Below, piece after piece: positions 13,801 through 27,648 of a stretch of 64,000 nucleotides of DNA. The position numbers and the translations under genes are program-made. The notes under the pieces are model-generated. The model did no database searches. It worked only from the letters and a program-made list of their open reading frames with translations, and was not told the origin of the DNA. Every line of letters starts with the position of its first letter. Positions within the stretch are counted from its first letter, which is position 1. The stretch is from Ramazzottius varieornatus (lineage: Eukaryota > Animalia > Tardigrada): NCBI GenBank assembly GCA_001949185.1, contig BDGG01000002.1:6810448-6874447 (forward strand). The letters run 5' to 3'.

Positions 13801-16800
13801 TCCCAAACAAGTTATTGCTGCAAGAGCACTTTGTGACGCTCCTTCTGATAACGCCGACACACTGTCACACTTTCTAAAACGGATGCGCTGGATGAAGGAA
13901 TGTTATGTCATCGGGCTAATATTAATACTCATCTGTCAGAAGAGATAACTTAGCCGCACTCTAACCACAACATGCTACTTCATATTACGAGTCCTTGCAA
14001 TTTACGCAGATGGTTTGAACAAACGACGGTTTAATCAAATCCATTGCATTTAGTAGTGTTTAAACATTCAAGATTAATAATTAGCTTCGCAATTCACGAA
14101 GCAAAGGGAGGCTTTGTTCGTCAACCAGGAAAGAAACTCTCCACTGAATTGACTGTGGAGCATAGGCGGTGTTCGGATGATGTAGGGCGAACACTCCGGA
14201 CAATCAGTCAATCAGATTTGAACTTTTTCAACTTGGTGGTATAATTGACCACCAAGCAAACTACCACGGACAGCATCAGCCGTTTGTCCCATCGTTTATC
14301 TCAAACTGCCACGCGTTTTGCAACCCCTCGAAGGATCAGCGAAGGTTTTCATTAACTATCATTTTCAAGACAAATTAGCTTTCGTTTGTTTGATTCCTTT
14401 GGGTAAATCTACTCCGAAATCGGTACACAAAACTTCAAGCATTCCGATTTGATAGTACTATATTTCTAATTTTGGATTTTTCCTTCCATTTCCGGCCCAT
14501 TGGCTTTTCGTGGTTGCGGAATTTGATTTTCGAAAAGCCGAGTGCCAACAGAGCATTCGGTGATAACGTCGGGGTTTAGTAAGACAGGGAAGAGGCTTAT
14601 CTGAAAAAATGCCACAAATTGCTGGTTACATAACGGCAGGATCGAGGAAGTTACGACACTCTCCCGGTTCCCAGTCTCTGAGACCTTGCCACAATGCAGT
14701 ATCAGGCGAAGATGGCGATCAAATTTCGTGGCTAATTGTGTTGGCACACTCGATTCGTCTTTATTTGCCCATAGAGCCATATCGACAGTCGATATGAATG
14801 TAACTAGTCTTGGCCAAGAACCACAAATTCATCGATGGCTATCAGCTTGATTTACAATGCTCTGTGTCTACAGTAGATTGGGGAGAATATCAGGATTTCC
14901 TGATAGCAGGCCATGTACCAAAGTTTCCTTCCGGGGAGAAACCAGACTGAAGGTCAAGATATATTTATTTCTCCGGCCGAAAACCTGATCCTCCCGACTA
15001 ATGTAGGCAAATACGTCTGGTAGCGCGAGAAGTTTTCGACCGATACAGTATCTTGTCAGTCATTACGGATAGGTGCAGCTTTGCTAATTTTGCGGGGAAC
15101 CCGAGACTGCCTTCGGTCGGCGGGACCCCGACGAGAGTCAGCTCAAGAACTGTTCTTGTGATACCGGCCTCCGGGGAGGTTATGTCACAGGCTTAAAATA
15201 CAAGTGATGCGAACCGACTAATTGCACATAAACCCTGGATGTCGCCCAGTCTTTCGTACTCGTTTCTATTTAATGCCATAGAAGAGCCTGGATTGCAGAT
15301 CGATCAGAACGAAGATTAAAAGACGCCAGCATTGGATAACCGTGTCTCGGAATAGGTAATCTGCCTCAGGCAAAAACCTACACGTACATGTAGTTATGCA
15401 GATAAGTGCCCATGAACTTGAACGACCATTTTGCGAGCAAGCATTCACAGTGCCGTGCCAAGAACGCGAAAGTTTTGCGACGATCGAGCGACTTCGGGTC
15501 TTTTAGGGGGCCACCTTTACAATTCATATAGCATTGAAAACAGTCTGGTCTTCATAACAACGGTATTGAATTATCTGTCTGGTGGTCCGGAAACTGCCTC
15601 TTCCGAAACTGCCATTTGAATTGCGCAGAAACCTTCTCGCAGTTTGGACAAGGAAACTATCCAGCCAACAGAACTTGAATCTTTTCCTAATGGAAAGCGA
15701 TCAGCCTGTAGGAAGGCGAATAAAGTGATGTGCCAAAGCAGAAAGCAGCCAGTTAGCACTCAAGGACACGTTTATATAACGGGTATATCAGTGAGTGGGT
15801 TGCGGCGCTAGAGCCGTCGTTGGTTATACGGGTGCAATGACGTCAGCGCGAAAATACGGGTCGTTGATCAGTGGACCGTTGTCACGGCGACGGCTTGAAC
15901 CACTTTTGCGTTGCGACAGCCAAGGTGACCTTGTCGAATAATCATTTATTGACTTTATCGTTTGCACTTGAAAGCCTGCCTGGCTTGCCTTTATTATCGA
16001 TAGGCCCGTATAGCGTTTTCAAAGGCGGAAGAATTACACAACTTTCGCTTAGCTGGCTGCTGCTGCCAACCTTCAATAGACGCGAGCCATGCTCAATCGA
16101 CAAACTAGGCACAGAAGACAAACTCGGTCCCGCAGAAATTATATTGCTTACGTTGCATGCCATTGATTTCAGCCCACATTGGAACAGCGCGCTGCGAAGG
16201 CCGACGCTGGCTAGCCCAAGAACCCTCCAAGCCTACATTCATCCGCGTGTTTTCGTTTTTTCCTTCTCCAGGATCAACACGCAGAAACTTGCACGCAAAC
16301 CTTCTCCAGTAGAAATCAATACGTTCTTCTTCCTTTTCATACTCCCCCTCACACTTCCAACGCTATCATGCTAAATTACACCCTTTGTCGACAACCATAT
16401 GAAAAACCTGGCGCGTATAAGCTCATTATGTGAGTAGGCCTAGCACACACCTCCAGACGTTAACACAAGACATCTTCTAGGAAACCCTTTCGACGTCATT
16501 TCGTCCCTTTACGCATCTTGCGCATGTAGACTCCACTCCCAAAATATAATGATCCAATTAATCATGCAATTCGGACATCTGGTTAAAGTCTGCATGGACG
16601 TAAACAAAAGAGAACGCCCTTTGTCATATATGTCGGAAATATCTTAGTGGCGCAGTAATAACTGATGAACTACTACACAGCTAAGGGCGCTTTGTTTTGA
16701 TGTGTGCATCCTAACCTAGTGTTTGGAACTGTCTATTTGACAGTTCTCTACAACACAACGTGGCTCAACAACGATTTACAGAAATAAGAGAAAAAATATA

Positions 16801-18771
16801 CACAGGCTAAGAACTTCCTTGTCCCTGTAATGTCTTTCGCCTTTCATCGCGAACCCCGCAGTTCTCCAACCAGCAGACGCAAATGCCCATCAGCACACAG
16901 TAGTTAAGTTAGCTCGACGGAGGGAGCAGTTACGTAACAAGGCTCTCTTCGTGCCATAAACGCGAAAGGAATCTACAATCATGCGGTGCCGTTATGTAAC
17001 CGTTCTACTTGCACGCCCTGCCAGATCTCTTCCTTCACCCTGCGCTTCCCACAAAGATAATGGCTTGGAAAATTAGCATTCGTATGCTAAGCTAGTATTA
17101 GCCACCGGTAGAACTAAAGACGGATCCAAGTTTCGAAAGCACTGCGCAGCCGCGAGACGCGAAAACAAGATAAAGGAAAAATGGCCTAGTTTTGCGCATA
17201 ATGTCGGGCAACATATCAAACCAAGGGAAGCAACAAACATTCACCAACGAACGCGTTAACGGACAGTGCCGTCCCACTTCAGGCGTCTACTGGATCCCGA
17301 TCAAGGCCATCACACGAGTGAACGGACAACACCACCATATTACAACCGCCACTTTCCTATATAAGCTCTTCCGCGTCTCGCAAAACCACACTCAATTCCA
17401 CACTTCACTTTCGAAGCAGACATTCATTCGGCATTCCATCGAGGTTACCTTCAAATTGTCCCGTTGAATGGTCCTCGTCTCCTTTAGCTTAGCTGCTATG
17501 GCTATCCGAGCAGGCACAGTGCTGTTTCTCCGGAGGAAGGTTTCGGGTATGCAAAAGTAGGCTTTGCAGATGTTTGAACAAGGAAGAAACTGGGGGAAAT
17601 GTGTCAGCTGACAGTACTGAGCTCCGTTGCCCGTTATCCAAGGGAAACTAATTGAGGCACCATTTGCTGATCAGTGCACAAAACATTCTTGGCCAGAAAT
17701 GTATATGATGGTTTTTTGTATACAGACCGGCTATGCGGTAAAGAAATGTGAGAAGCGTTAAGCAGAGGCCTTGACAGAGAGAAAGAGATCCAGTTTGGCT
17801 GCTGCCAAAAAGTTGGCAATTCTATCGTTGAATCGTGTTTCTACTCTGAACCCGCTCTCTCAATGTCATTCGTGTTGAAGGGCGGTTCTTGGAACAGAAT
17901 TACACTACTTTTCCAGGCTGTACAAGCCTTCAAATGTAGGTCTATGGCGCAGCGCAGGGTCCACAACCACAATGCTGGCAACGTACGCCGCGTATCAGTT
18001 GGTACACTGTGTTATTGCTCTATCACGTTATCTTTTAGACAACGACTGATAAAAGCAGACCGCTTTGTCATATCCAACAGCCTGTACGGTCTCCGACTGT
18101 AAAGACGTACGACACGGAAAACTCGGGTGCGCGGCTTTGCTAGGGTTCTCTACAGAGACCCATGTTGAGGGAAACTCGAGGCCAGCAGTTTGCCTTTCAG
18201 CTGCCTTTCTATCGCTCGCTCTCTCGCTCTGTGTACTGTTGGATACTTGGTTTGGCAACCGGAAGCGCTAGCTTTTATGATAGGACTTACGTAACTTTGG
18301 ACCTTCGATTTATCGTCATCTACCGCGCTATCTGCTATTTTTTCGTCGCTGGAGCCAGCCTTGTCTGCAGCGGATGAGGTTTGCTGAGAGATGCTTACAA
18401 GCTCTAGACGAGCAGAAATTTCTTTAGCATCAGAAACCCTCTCTCCGTCTACTTCCGGTTACAGCAGAGAAATAGCGCTCGATATTCGATCAATCAGTAC
18501 AAACTGCGTTTCTGAGATATACTACATATACAGATGTAATGATAGGCATTCGCCCCATTTCCGTAATCGCAAATGAGCATGCAGTAAAGATACAAGAAAA
18601 GTTCGCGTAGGAACTGGAAATGATACTGTCATGAACCATGCCAGTAAACGACACTCGATATTGAAGCTTTAGTGTTCCCGGGCCAACACAGCTTCTAGGG
18701 TTCCCACTTCAAACTGGTACCAGCAATCATTAAATGCATCTATAGGACTCATGAGCGTGTTATGTTGTTAC

Positions 18772-21700
18772 TTATGTCCGGCTGTTGCGAGTGTGTGCTG
18801 CGTCTGGGTCTTCGTCAGCAGTGTCAGTGGCATCATGGTCAGCATCATGGTTTGAATCACCTAGAAGAACGAATGCACCGGTTACATAACGTTTGAAGTT
18901 CGGATGCAATATTGGTATTACAGAATCTGCATTACCAGATAAGATCATTGATTAACGTACCTGTGGCATGGTCCTCGGTTCCTCGCTGGCTAGCGTATGG
19001 ATCTTGTGGAGCCTCGCCCTCTGCAAAATATCACTGTCGGCGTACACTGCCTGTAGGGACCCATGGGAAACGACGATACTGGCTTACCTTGTCTGTTGTC
19101 GCTGCTATGGGCAGCGGAACCGGCGGTTTCGGCTGCTTGCCCACTGCTCGATTGGAAAGGTACCACCTGGCTGAACTCCGAGTTACCTCTCGCGCTCTTG
19201 GCGCGGACCTTCATGTACACTGGGGTACCAGGCGTCAGACGAACCAAGATGAGCTGGTTCTCGTCACCAGGGGCGGTATCGACCTGCCACAGATCATCGG
19301 CGGCATATGGATCTGCAAAGACAGAGTATTACAGCCCGATCATTCTGCTACAGGTGAGATCTTTTGAACAAAAATTTGCCTGTCCCGAGCAGCCGGATAC
19401 GCGACTACCAGGTACTCGTGAATGCAAAGCTCACTACTCACCATAAGAATAATAGACTTCGTAGTTATTAATGCCACTGGAAACCTGCAATACATCGACA
19501 GGTGGGTGTTAAGCACAGGTTTTCTGTTATTGTAGGAGTTTAAAGCATACTGAAGGTGTGAAAGTCACAAGGGCCTCTGTTGGGTCTTCCAGAGAGTCAA
19601 CGCGAACGTCGGTTGGTGGATCGGGACCGCCGGCTAAAATATGGATATAAGGATAAGCTGACAAGTTTGAAAGTTGCATCACATGCAATGGATTAATGTG
19701 GACTTCAACTGACGTGTTGCAGAATGACGTCCTCCTCCGCTACTGGAGCTTCCAGACCATGCACTTCCGCCTGCGCTGCTACCGCCTGACCAGGATGGAG
19801 CAGCGGTCGCAGCTCGCGAGGGTTCGGTGGCGGCTCCCCAGTATGGTGACCAGTAGATGTCGGTGGTCTGAGGAGCAGCAGTCACGGTACCCATCAGACC
19901 AGTTCGTCCATAGGCATCCTCACGAGAGGGTGGTGTGGTGGCGGGGTAGCGAGCAGCCCAGTAGTCTGGTGTTGTCTGCTGTCCGGCATAACGACCGTAG
20001 TAATCGGGAGTGTTCGCCTCGTAACCGGGGTAGGCAGTCTGATAGCGAGAATCGTGGTTTCCGTCATCGACGGGCGCAGCTGTTGGGTAACGACTCCAGT
20101 AGTCCTCCGTGGTTGTCTGGTACTCCTCTGGGTAGTTTCCCCACTGGTCCGGTGTGTTCTGTAAATCACCAAAAACGCATCAAAATTTGGGAGCTCGGCA
20201 AACAAACTGGACACGATCGTTTTCCAAGCAACGCGCGTCCTCAACCAGTTGCAACGGAAGCTTGCTCCGCTTAGAAAATAGCCTGGCAAGTTTTCCTTTT
20301 CAAGTGGCGCAAGCTTGAGATGATATGGACTGAAAGCTTTGTGACACTTGGGACAAGGATTTTGTCCTCGTCATCTGGTGCGCTGATTTTTCACGTTAAA
20401 TGTATGAGAGTTTCTGCTTTGGAAATGTTAATTTTACCTCAGAAGCACGGGGTTGTTCGGTGCGGTATCGGCTCCAGTAGTCCTCAGTGGTGGCTTCAGC
20501 AGCTGGACGTCCGTACTGGTCTTGTCCATATTGAGAATCATAGCCAGAGTTATAGCCTGGGTAGGTGTCTCCTGCACCTGGATAAGGTTGGGCAGGAGGC
20601 GGTGTGTTATAGCCGGAGCTATAACCTGGGTACTGGTCTGCCCCTGGATAAGGCTGGGCTGGTGCCGGAGTGTTGTACCCGAAGGACGAGCCAGTGCCGT
20701 AGCTGGGATAACCTGAAGTCTTGAAGCTGGTGATCTCGGTGAAGGGACTGCTACCTCGGCTGTTGGTAGCCTGGATGGTGTAAAAATACTCCTCAGCAGG
20801 CTTGAGGTTCCTCAAGACGAACGTGGTCTCACCAGAGTAGGCGGCGGGAACGGTTTGCTCTGACCACACGCGAGGCTCTTGGCCACCACCAGAAGGCGCG
20901 TACAAGATCAGGTAACTGTAAAGCCGCGAAATAACGACTCCGAGTCGAACAGCAGCCGTTACAAAGAAGACCTACATACCTGCGGATATTTCCGGCGAAA
21001 CCTTCCGGTGGAGATATTTTTATTGTTGCATCGCGATCGGTAGGGTCGGCTCTAACGTTAGAGGGCGCTCCGGTGGGAACTACAAAACAAGCACAAGAAA
21101 TTCATGCCCGAGAATGTTGGAGGCTCCTTGTTACTTCTACAGTAATACTGGTAAAGATCAAGCAAGCTGCTAATAAACTAAATCTATAGTAACGGCTTCC
21201 TACGGGCTTCGAGGGTGCGGTTGCTGACAGGAGCACTCCATCCGGTCTCCTGGCCGTTTCGGTTGGCCTTGATGGAGAAGCTGTAGTCTGCTCCAGGTTG
21301 GAGCTGATTTATCTGATGGTGTTTCCCCGAAACCTCGACCTGCTGTTCTTCCTGACGCCCATCCGCAGACGGTTGCAGGGAATTGTACTTAATGACATAC
21401 TTCGTGCTGTTTTCCGAGTCTTTCTTGCCTTGGAGCCCTGGATCGACCCAGAAGAGATACATCGAAGACTCGGAGAGCACGAGGGACTTCAACGTTGGCG
21501 GATATAGACTGTAATCCACAGCTGCAAAGAAATACAAATTAATATAAATTCCCTGATGCAGTGTACCGTACTGCATATAAACTCTACAACCTGACCAAGC
21601 TGGGACATATCAAATTCTCCGCAACACTTGGGAGCTCGGCAAACAGACTTAACGAGATTGTTCGACCAAGTGGCGCACGCTTCCATCCACTAACAATCAC

Positions 21701-22655
21701 AAGGTGTGCCACTGTCAAACAAACTTGGCGAGTTAGTTTGTTTGCAGCGGTAGAATTTTTTCGCGAATATGTTTCCTCTTCCGGTAAGTCGGGAATTGTG
21801 TTTACCTGGTGTTGCTGGTTGTCTGTACGCTACATTATATCGGGGATCTACCGGTCTTCCGTATTGGTCATAGCGAGAATCCTGAGAACTTTGGGAAGTT
21901 CCATACTGGTCGTAACGCCCACTTGGACTAGGCTGACTGTATCGTGAATCGTACGATTGCCCATAAGATTGCAGAGGAGCCTGTTGGCCGTACCGACTAT
22001 CGTAAGCTGGCTGTTGTGGAGCCTGCTGACCGTATCGAGAATCGTAAGCCGCCGATTGCGACGGCTGTCCGTACCGCGAGTCGTAGGCCGTCGACGGCGA
22101 CTGTTGGCCGTAGCCTCGCGAAGCCGAGCTGTAGCTGGAGCTCGAACCGTACGACGGTTGTCCACTTTGGCTACTGGAAGAAGAGGATGCTGATCCTCCT
22201 ACGCGGACACCTTGTCCACTGGCTGACGAGTACGACGAGGCACCTTGGTAAGGACTCTGGCCGCTGCTTGAGGAAGAGGAGTAACGGCGAGCGTAGGCGT
22301 CGTAGTCCTCGGGTGCTCGGGTCGTTTGATAGGTGTCCCATGCACTACCGCGGTTATCGTACTGATCCCGGTTGTTCGTGTCCTCGTAGTTGTAAGCACT
22401 GTATAGTCCAGTCGTGGCTTGAACATCCCGATCGCGATTGTTGGTGTTGTCGTAGTTGTATGCACTGTATAGTCCGGTGGTGGGATGGACATCCCGATCT
22501 ACGGATCTTGCAGTTGTGGTGGAAGTCGGCTCGAGTGTCACGTAACCGAGAAGTCCCGTAGAGCGCGGTCGCACTGTTCCATATAAATGCGTCACTTGAC
22601 ACGAATACTGGGAAAGAAAAACTGTGAAGAAATAGGTGTAAAATGAGAGTTCCAT
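18772..22655 (-). CDS. Secreted fibronectin type III (3 domains) protein with Tyr/Gln/Ser/Gly-rich low-complexity repeats, 10 exons
   Basis: Signal-like start MELSFYTYFFTVFLSQYSC. Exons 22655-21806, 21521-21204, 21079-20980, 20915-20438, 20158-19714, 19633-19551, 19484-19442, 19312-19088, 19020-18961, 18860-18772 splice in frame. FN3 signatures LQPGADYSFSIKANRNG, LKPAEEYFYTIQATNSRGSSPF, LTPGTPVYMKVRAKSARGNSEFS. No transmembrane segment seen. Confidence 0.85.
20185..20375. repeat. Fold-back palindromic repeat family, copy 4 (double unit, FN3-gene intron)
   Basis: TTGGGAGCTCGGCAAACA at 20187-20204 is identical to 21628-21645; second unit AAGTGGCGCAAGCTT...AAGCTTTGTGACACTT at ~20302-20350. Confidence 0.7.
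21625..21750. repeat. Fold-back palindromic repeat family, copy 5 (FN3-gene intron 1)
   Basis: TTGGGAGCTCGGCAAACAGACT..AGATTGT..AAGTGGCGCACGCTTCCA...GGTGTGCCACT..ACAAACTTGGCGAGTTAGTTTGTTTGC. Confidence 0.8.
22365..22500 (-). repeat. 66-bp coding tandem duplication in FN3 gene exon 1
   Basis: RDVHPTTGLYSAYNYDNTNNRD / RDVQATTGLYSAYNYEDTNNRD. Confidence 0.85.
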
Positions 22656-24125
22656 TTTCGCACAGATTTTGTGGGCGCACGGCCCAGTATTTCCGAAACT
22701 ACCCCACTACTCCAAGTAAGATACACAGTGACCAACTATTTTGCAATGTGGTTGTCGTCGAAGATGAAAGGTTCGGGTGCCGAGTTCGCAGACTCAACGC
22801 CGAAGGAATGACCAGAACCAAGAAAGTCTGGCGGAAATTCGGTAACGTCTTTACAGGTCTAAAGATCGTACCAGATGGTTATCTCATCTTTCTTGATAGA
22901 CTGGACCCTATTAATTCTGGCTAAACTGGTCGAGTTTTGTGTTTGAATGGGTTAGGGAATGCATATGTACCGAAGTGCCTCTTTAAAACTGGAAAATTAA
23001 CGGTTGATGACCACTGTCCAGCCACCGTTCCATGGTTTCACCTGGTGTAAATAGGTACGCTTATCTTTTCAGATGGACTCACTTCATCGGATGAACGACC
23101 AAAGTTGTCAATGACTCAGGAATAAAGCACAGAATATCCGACGGCAGAAATAACTTCAAGTACAAAGTACAAAACCGGCAGGTTTACTCCCTCCTCGCCT
23201 TTGTGCTAAATCACGTAAAAAAAGCCTGCTATCGCGCCAATTGATCTGGAGCACCAGGCTAGGTCTCTAGCTGTTCATAGGCGTGAGAAAAGTTTACTTC
23301 CGTGTTTAAGATAAGGGCTGTTCTTCCAGCACCTTCGTACGTACGGCATATGCGTTTTCTGAGCTGTCGGGCACGATATACATTAGCCACGAGCTTCTAA
23401 CTAATATATCGTGTCTCGGGCTGCGTTTGGACGGAAAATGTACTTTTTCCCCTGTCACGAAATAATTCGAAATATGCTTTAGCTGTTTAGAGATCCCATA
23501 CATGATCTTTCGGCTGGCAAGAAATGAACAAAATGTTCAGAAATACAGCATAAGCTGATTTCGAGGCTTGTCTCAAACAGTACGAAGGCTGCCATTCAGC
23601 AAAAACATTCGGCGAATGGTGCTTTCGCAAAGATACGTTGTGACGACAATGAAACCAGTTTTGGCGTCGTCGGCAATTGATATGGCATACGGTAGCTGTA
23701 TGTCGGGACAGGTGTTTATAGCCAGCTAATACCGGATCATACAGAGAGGAACAATTAGTGAAGCATGTCTGCTAACTGGTTTCTTGGTTTAATTCCGCGT
23801 CGGGTGGCAGACAAGAACGCAAACGATCAAAGTCATTTCCCGAAGGAGGAAAGACAATATAATTTAGCCTACTACCTGTCTACACCGCACCATAAAGAAG
23901 TAAACAACGACGCCGTGGTACAGCTTTCTGCAGCCAGCCGTAAAGTATTCATACCTTCGGCTTGAAACGACCAGGCAGTCAACAGTTGACGAACAAGTAT
24001 TTTTCTCAGTCTCTTTTTGCTTACTTCCGGAATAACATCGAGATCCTTAGCAGACAACGTTGCCTTGCTGAAGTTCTCCCTAGCTGTGCTACATCTACGG
24101 ATTCCTAGCTTATATCTCGTCCGAC

Positions 24126-27100
24126 ATGAGGTTTCTCTGGCTTGGATTACTTTTGCAACTGCGTAAGTATGGAGTTATGTCAAGTGAAAACGGCGTCCAC
24201 TTGTTTTAGGTCTTCAGTAGCACAGAATTTGGGCGGAAGAAATATCACGAGTGTTTTTACAGAATCCCTATTTGCTGCGTCTGTACCTGGTTCTTTACAA
24301 TGTTTCTGTGGCCAGCCGAGACCAGGTCAAGTCCTGCCTGCGCATGCCATCATCGATGCGATGCAGAACCAGAAAGCCGCATCAGCTGGACGATGGTGTT
24401 GGCAGGTAAGCTAAAAGACCATAAAACAGGAACAGCAAGAAAATCATGACCACTAACTCACATGACACCACGGGTTTGCTCGACAGGTGGCGCTCCAAGA
24501 TGAGACTGGAACGGTCTTCTGCTCCGCAACCCTGATCGACTCGTCTTACGCAATCACGCCCGCCCAGTGTGTTTTCGGGTAAGCTAAGGGAAAAACAATG
24601 CTATTGGTACACACAAATAATTTGTCTTCGTTTAATTTGACAGACGCAAAGCTAACACTACCTTCGTTCGACTGGGAGCCGTCGACATATTGGCACCCGG
24701 AAGCGACTCGTCAGTTGTTCCCGTTAGCGACCTGCTGATTCATCAGGGATACCTGAACATTGATTCGCGGAACGACTTTAACATTGCTGTCATTCGACTG
24801 TCCACTCCACTGGACTGCAACTCCAACGCTGTCTGCTTCGCTTGCCTGCCGGAAGCTAGTGCGCCACTGTCGAGCGAGTCTTCCTGCTTGGCCACTTCGT
24901 GGAACTTCCGCAAAGGTGCCGCGGACAAAGTTCCCTCTCAGCCTCTGCGAGACCGGCCTGCAACAATCATGGATCAGATGGAGTGTGAAATGAGACTACG
25001 AGCTGATAGGGCTATTGAGAACGATTACCATTTGTCCGACAACAAATTCTGTTTGATGGAAGCCCAAAATGGAACCACCTGCATGGTAAATATCAAACAA
25101 AAATAAATCACAAACGGCTCAAAATTTTGAATGAACACCCGGCTTATCGTACCATTGTGACTTTTTTAGGGCGATTTGGGTGATCCACTGGTCTGTCAGA
25201 ACACCAAAACCATGAATGCAACCAACGGTCGTTACGAAGTGGTCGGTTTGAATACACTGGGCTTTAGCTGCTTCAGAACCGACCTACCCAGTTTCTACAT
25301 TCGCGTTTCCAGCTTCGTCGATTGGATCAACAAAATCCGCGAACAACCAGGTCTCACCTCCCTTCCCTCCAGTTTCCAACCTGTGCGAACACAGCAAACC
25401 CAATCCACCGGAGACCTCATCGGCGTTATTGTCGCACCCGTCAGCTTGGTTATTCCCACCTCAGTTCCATCTGCTTCACCTGTCGTGGTTGCTTCTGCCA
25501 GTAACGAAGCTGCTGGACGCGCTTTCGTACCTGCTTCCTCCTCTACAAGTACCTCCACCACAACGTCCACAACCACCAAGACTACTACCACCACTACAAC
25601 ACCAAGTACCACCACAACGTCGACCACCACTGCACCACCATCCACCGCTTCGGCGGTCGTTCTCGTCGCTCCCGTTCTGATTGCTCCAGGTTCCGCGAAC
25701 CCCACCAACACTGGAGCCTTACCGACGATCGGCCACATGAGTCCGATGGGCATCCAGCGTTTCAATGGCGACGGGTCCCTCCTTCAGTTGGGAACCGATG
25801 GTTCCCTGCAAACACAACAAGGCTTACGCCCAATGACACCCATGTTGAAACAGGTGTCGCCAGGAGTGTTCCAAACAAACATTGCAGGCCAAACACACAC
25901 TATCGACCTCAACCGTGGTCCAGCCATTGTTCTGCCCACCGCAGCAGGTATTTTAGAACCAAACTGGCAAAATTTATTATTAGGAAAAATAGCGCGTCAG
26001 TAAAATCTAGGAGATCTGATTTACGTCAGAAAAAATTTCCAAAAAACAATATGAAAATGAAACATTTCATCAGCTTATCTAGGTAAATAGGTAGCGGCGT
26101 CCCATTATCCGGAACATTGACTCATAACCGTACTGTTCAGCAATCGAGATCCAGGTTGCTGGACCCCAAGGGCAAATTGGAACTGTTATTGTTGTAACAA
26201 ACCTTTGGGAACAAGATTCTGAAGATCGTTTCTCGTTTTCTGACCAGTGGTCAGACGGCCACGTCAGAAATATCTGCAGGTGTTTGAAGTTTCGATTGAC
26301 AATGTTGTGGCGTACCAATGGCGTCACACAGCATAGAGATATCGATGCATATGAGATTGTTTTAGCATTAAATCCCTCTGAGATGGACTTTTCAGGTGTC
26401 GGTGACACATGGACACCTGCGAGAATATCTTCCCGAAAGACCGAACGGTTTTTTGGGACTTTCAGCCACGGCGAGGTTCGGCAAACGTACCACACGATGC
26501 CTTTGGATATTGCAAACGACTTCAAGTCAAAAAAGTGTCGTTTGGAAACAACAATAATGTTCCAGAAATTGGGCCGCCGAAACCCAAGTATCAATTGAAC
26601 AACTTACGTAACTTTTTCTTCGTTGTAGGCAACCAACAACGGCAGAAGCGAAGTGGCACTGTCTTGGCAGTCAGCAGTGCAGGCTCGAATTCCGGTTCCA
26701 TCATCGGGCCCAACTCGAACATCAATCTCAACATCCCCATCGTGAACGTAGCAGCAAGTGACGTAGCCTACAACGCCCAAACAGGCAAGTTCGAGTTCCG
26801 TCTCCCGACTGGAGAAAGTGCCGTTAGTGCTGTCTCCTTTGCTCCTTCCACCCAAGAAGACATCAAGAACCAGATTATCGCTCAGCAAGACCGCATTCTG
26901 GCTCAAGTTCAACAAGCCAACAACAACATCCTCATTGCCATCACCAAGGCCTTCCCTGGCCAGTTCAGCGCTGGAACTGGAGCCTTTACCGGTATCAACA
27001 CCGGCTCTGGTTCATCTAGCGTCCTCACAAGCGCAAACTCGAAGTCTGGCTCCTCAGCTTCCAACGCAGGAAGAGTGTCGGGACTCGCGCCCAAAAATGT

Positions 27101-27437
27101 TGCTACGACCTCGCTGGAAGACGAAGACTCCCCGGAAGAAATCGTGCCGGCATCGCAGACTGCCATAGTGAGACCAGGTGTCGTGAGAGGTAACGCCAAT
27201 GCTGCTGGCTCAGGCGCACCGGGTGTCCGCAGCGGACCTACTGGTAACGGAGGATTCAAAGCCACCGTCAACAATAACACGCCATCGCAAGGATCGCTGA
27301 GGACTTCCTTAAACACAGCCAATAGTCAGAACAGTGCAGCCATCGGTTTCAAAGGTGACCGCGTTGTTGGAGAAACCAGGAACTCACCTGGATCTGCCAT
27401 GTCGTCCGTATCGGCATCATCGAACGGAAAAAGATAA
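24126..27437 (+). CDS. Secreted non-catalytic trypsin-fold serine protease homolog with Thr-rich linker, furin site and S/G/N-rich tail, 6 exons
   Basis: Exons 24126-24162, 24263-24405, 24487-24578, 24644-25085, 25170-25947, 26629-27437. Signal MRFLWLGLLLQL. S1-fold motifs WCWQVAL, FCSATLI, TPAQC, NIAVIRL, CFACLP, GDLGDPLVC, YIRVSSFVDWI. Last intron (G|GC) joins in frame to NQQRQKRS; an unspliced form would stop at 26003. Confidence 0.85.
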
Positions 27438-27648
27438 GCGTAATTATCACTTTGTTCAAAACTTTTCAAATGTTTTTGCCATGATTTGAGAGCTGATACG
27501 AATCCAATCAATATTGGCATGTCGAACAATGTTGATACTGAAGTTTCAAATATTCAAAAATAACAAGAATAAATCCTCTGGTTTAGCATGAATGAATTTC
27601 ATTGACCACAGACGACTCTAACGAAGCGTGAAAAAACCCTCAGTCAAT

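Noticed and set aside
16840-16900. GGTTCG B-box-like motif (tRNA or SINE)
   Set aside because: No A-box spacing or cloverleaf; no tRNA or rRNA gene recognised anywhere in the window
26079-26598. 171-aa and 104-aa ORFs
   Set aside because: They lie inside the last intron of the protease-homolog gene and have no motifs
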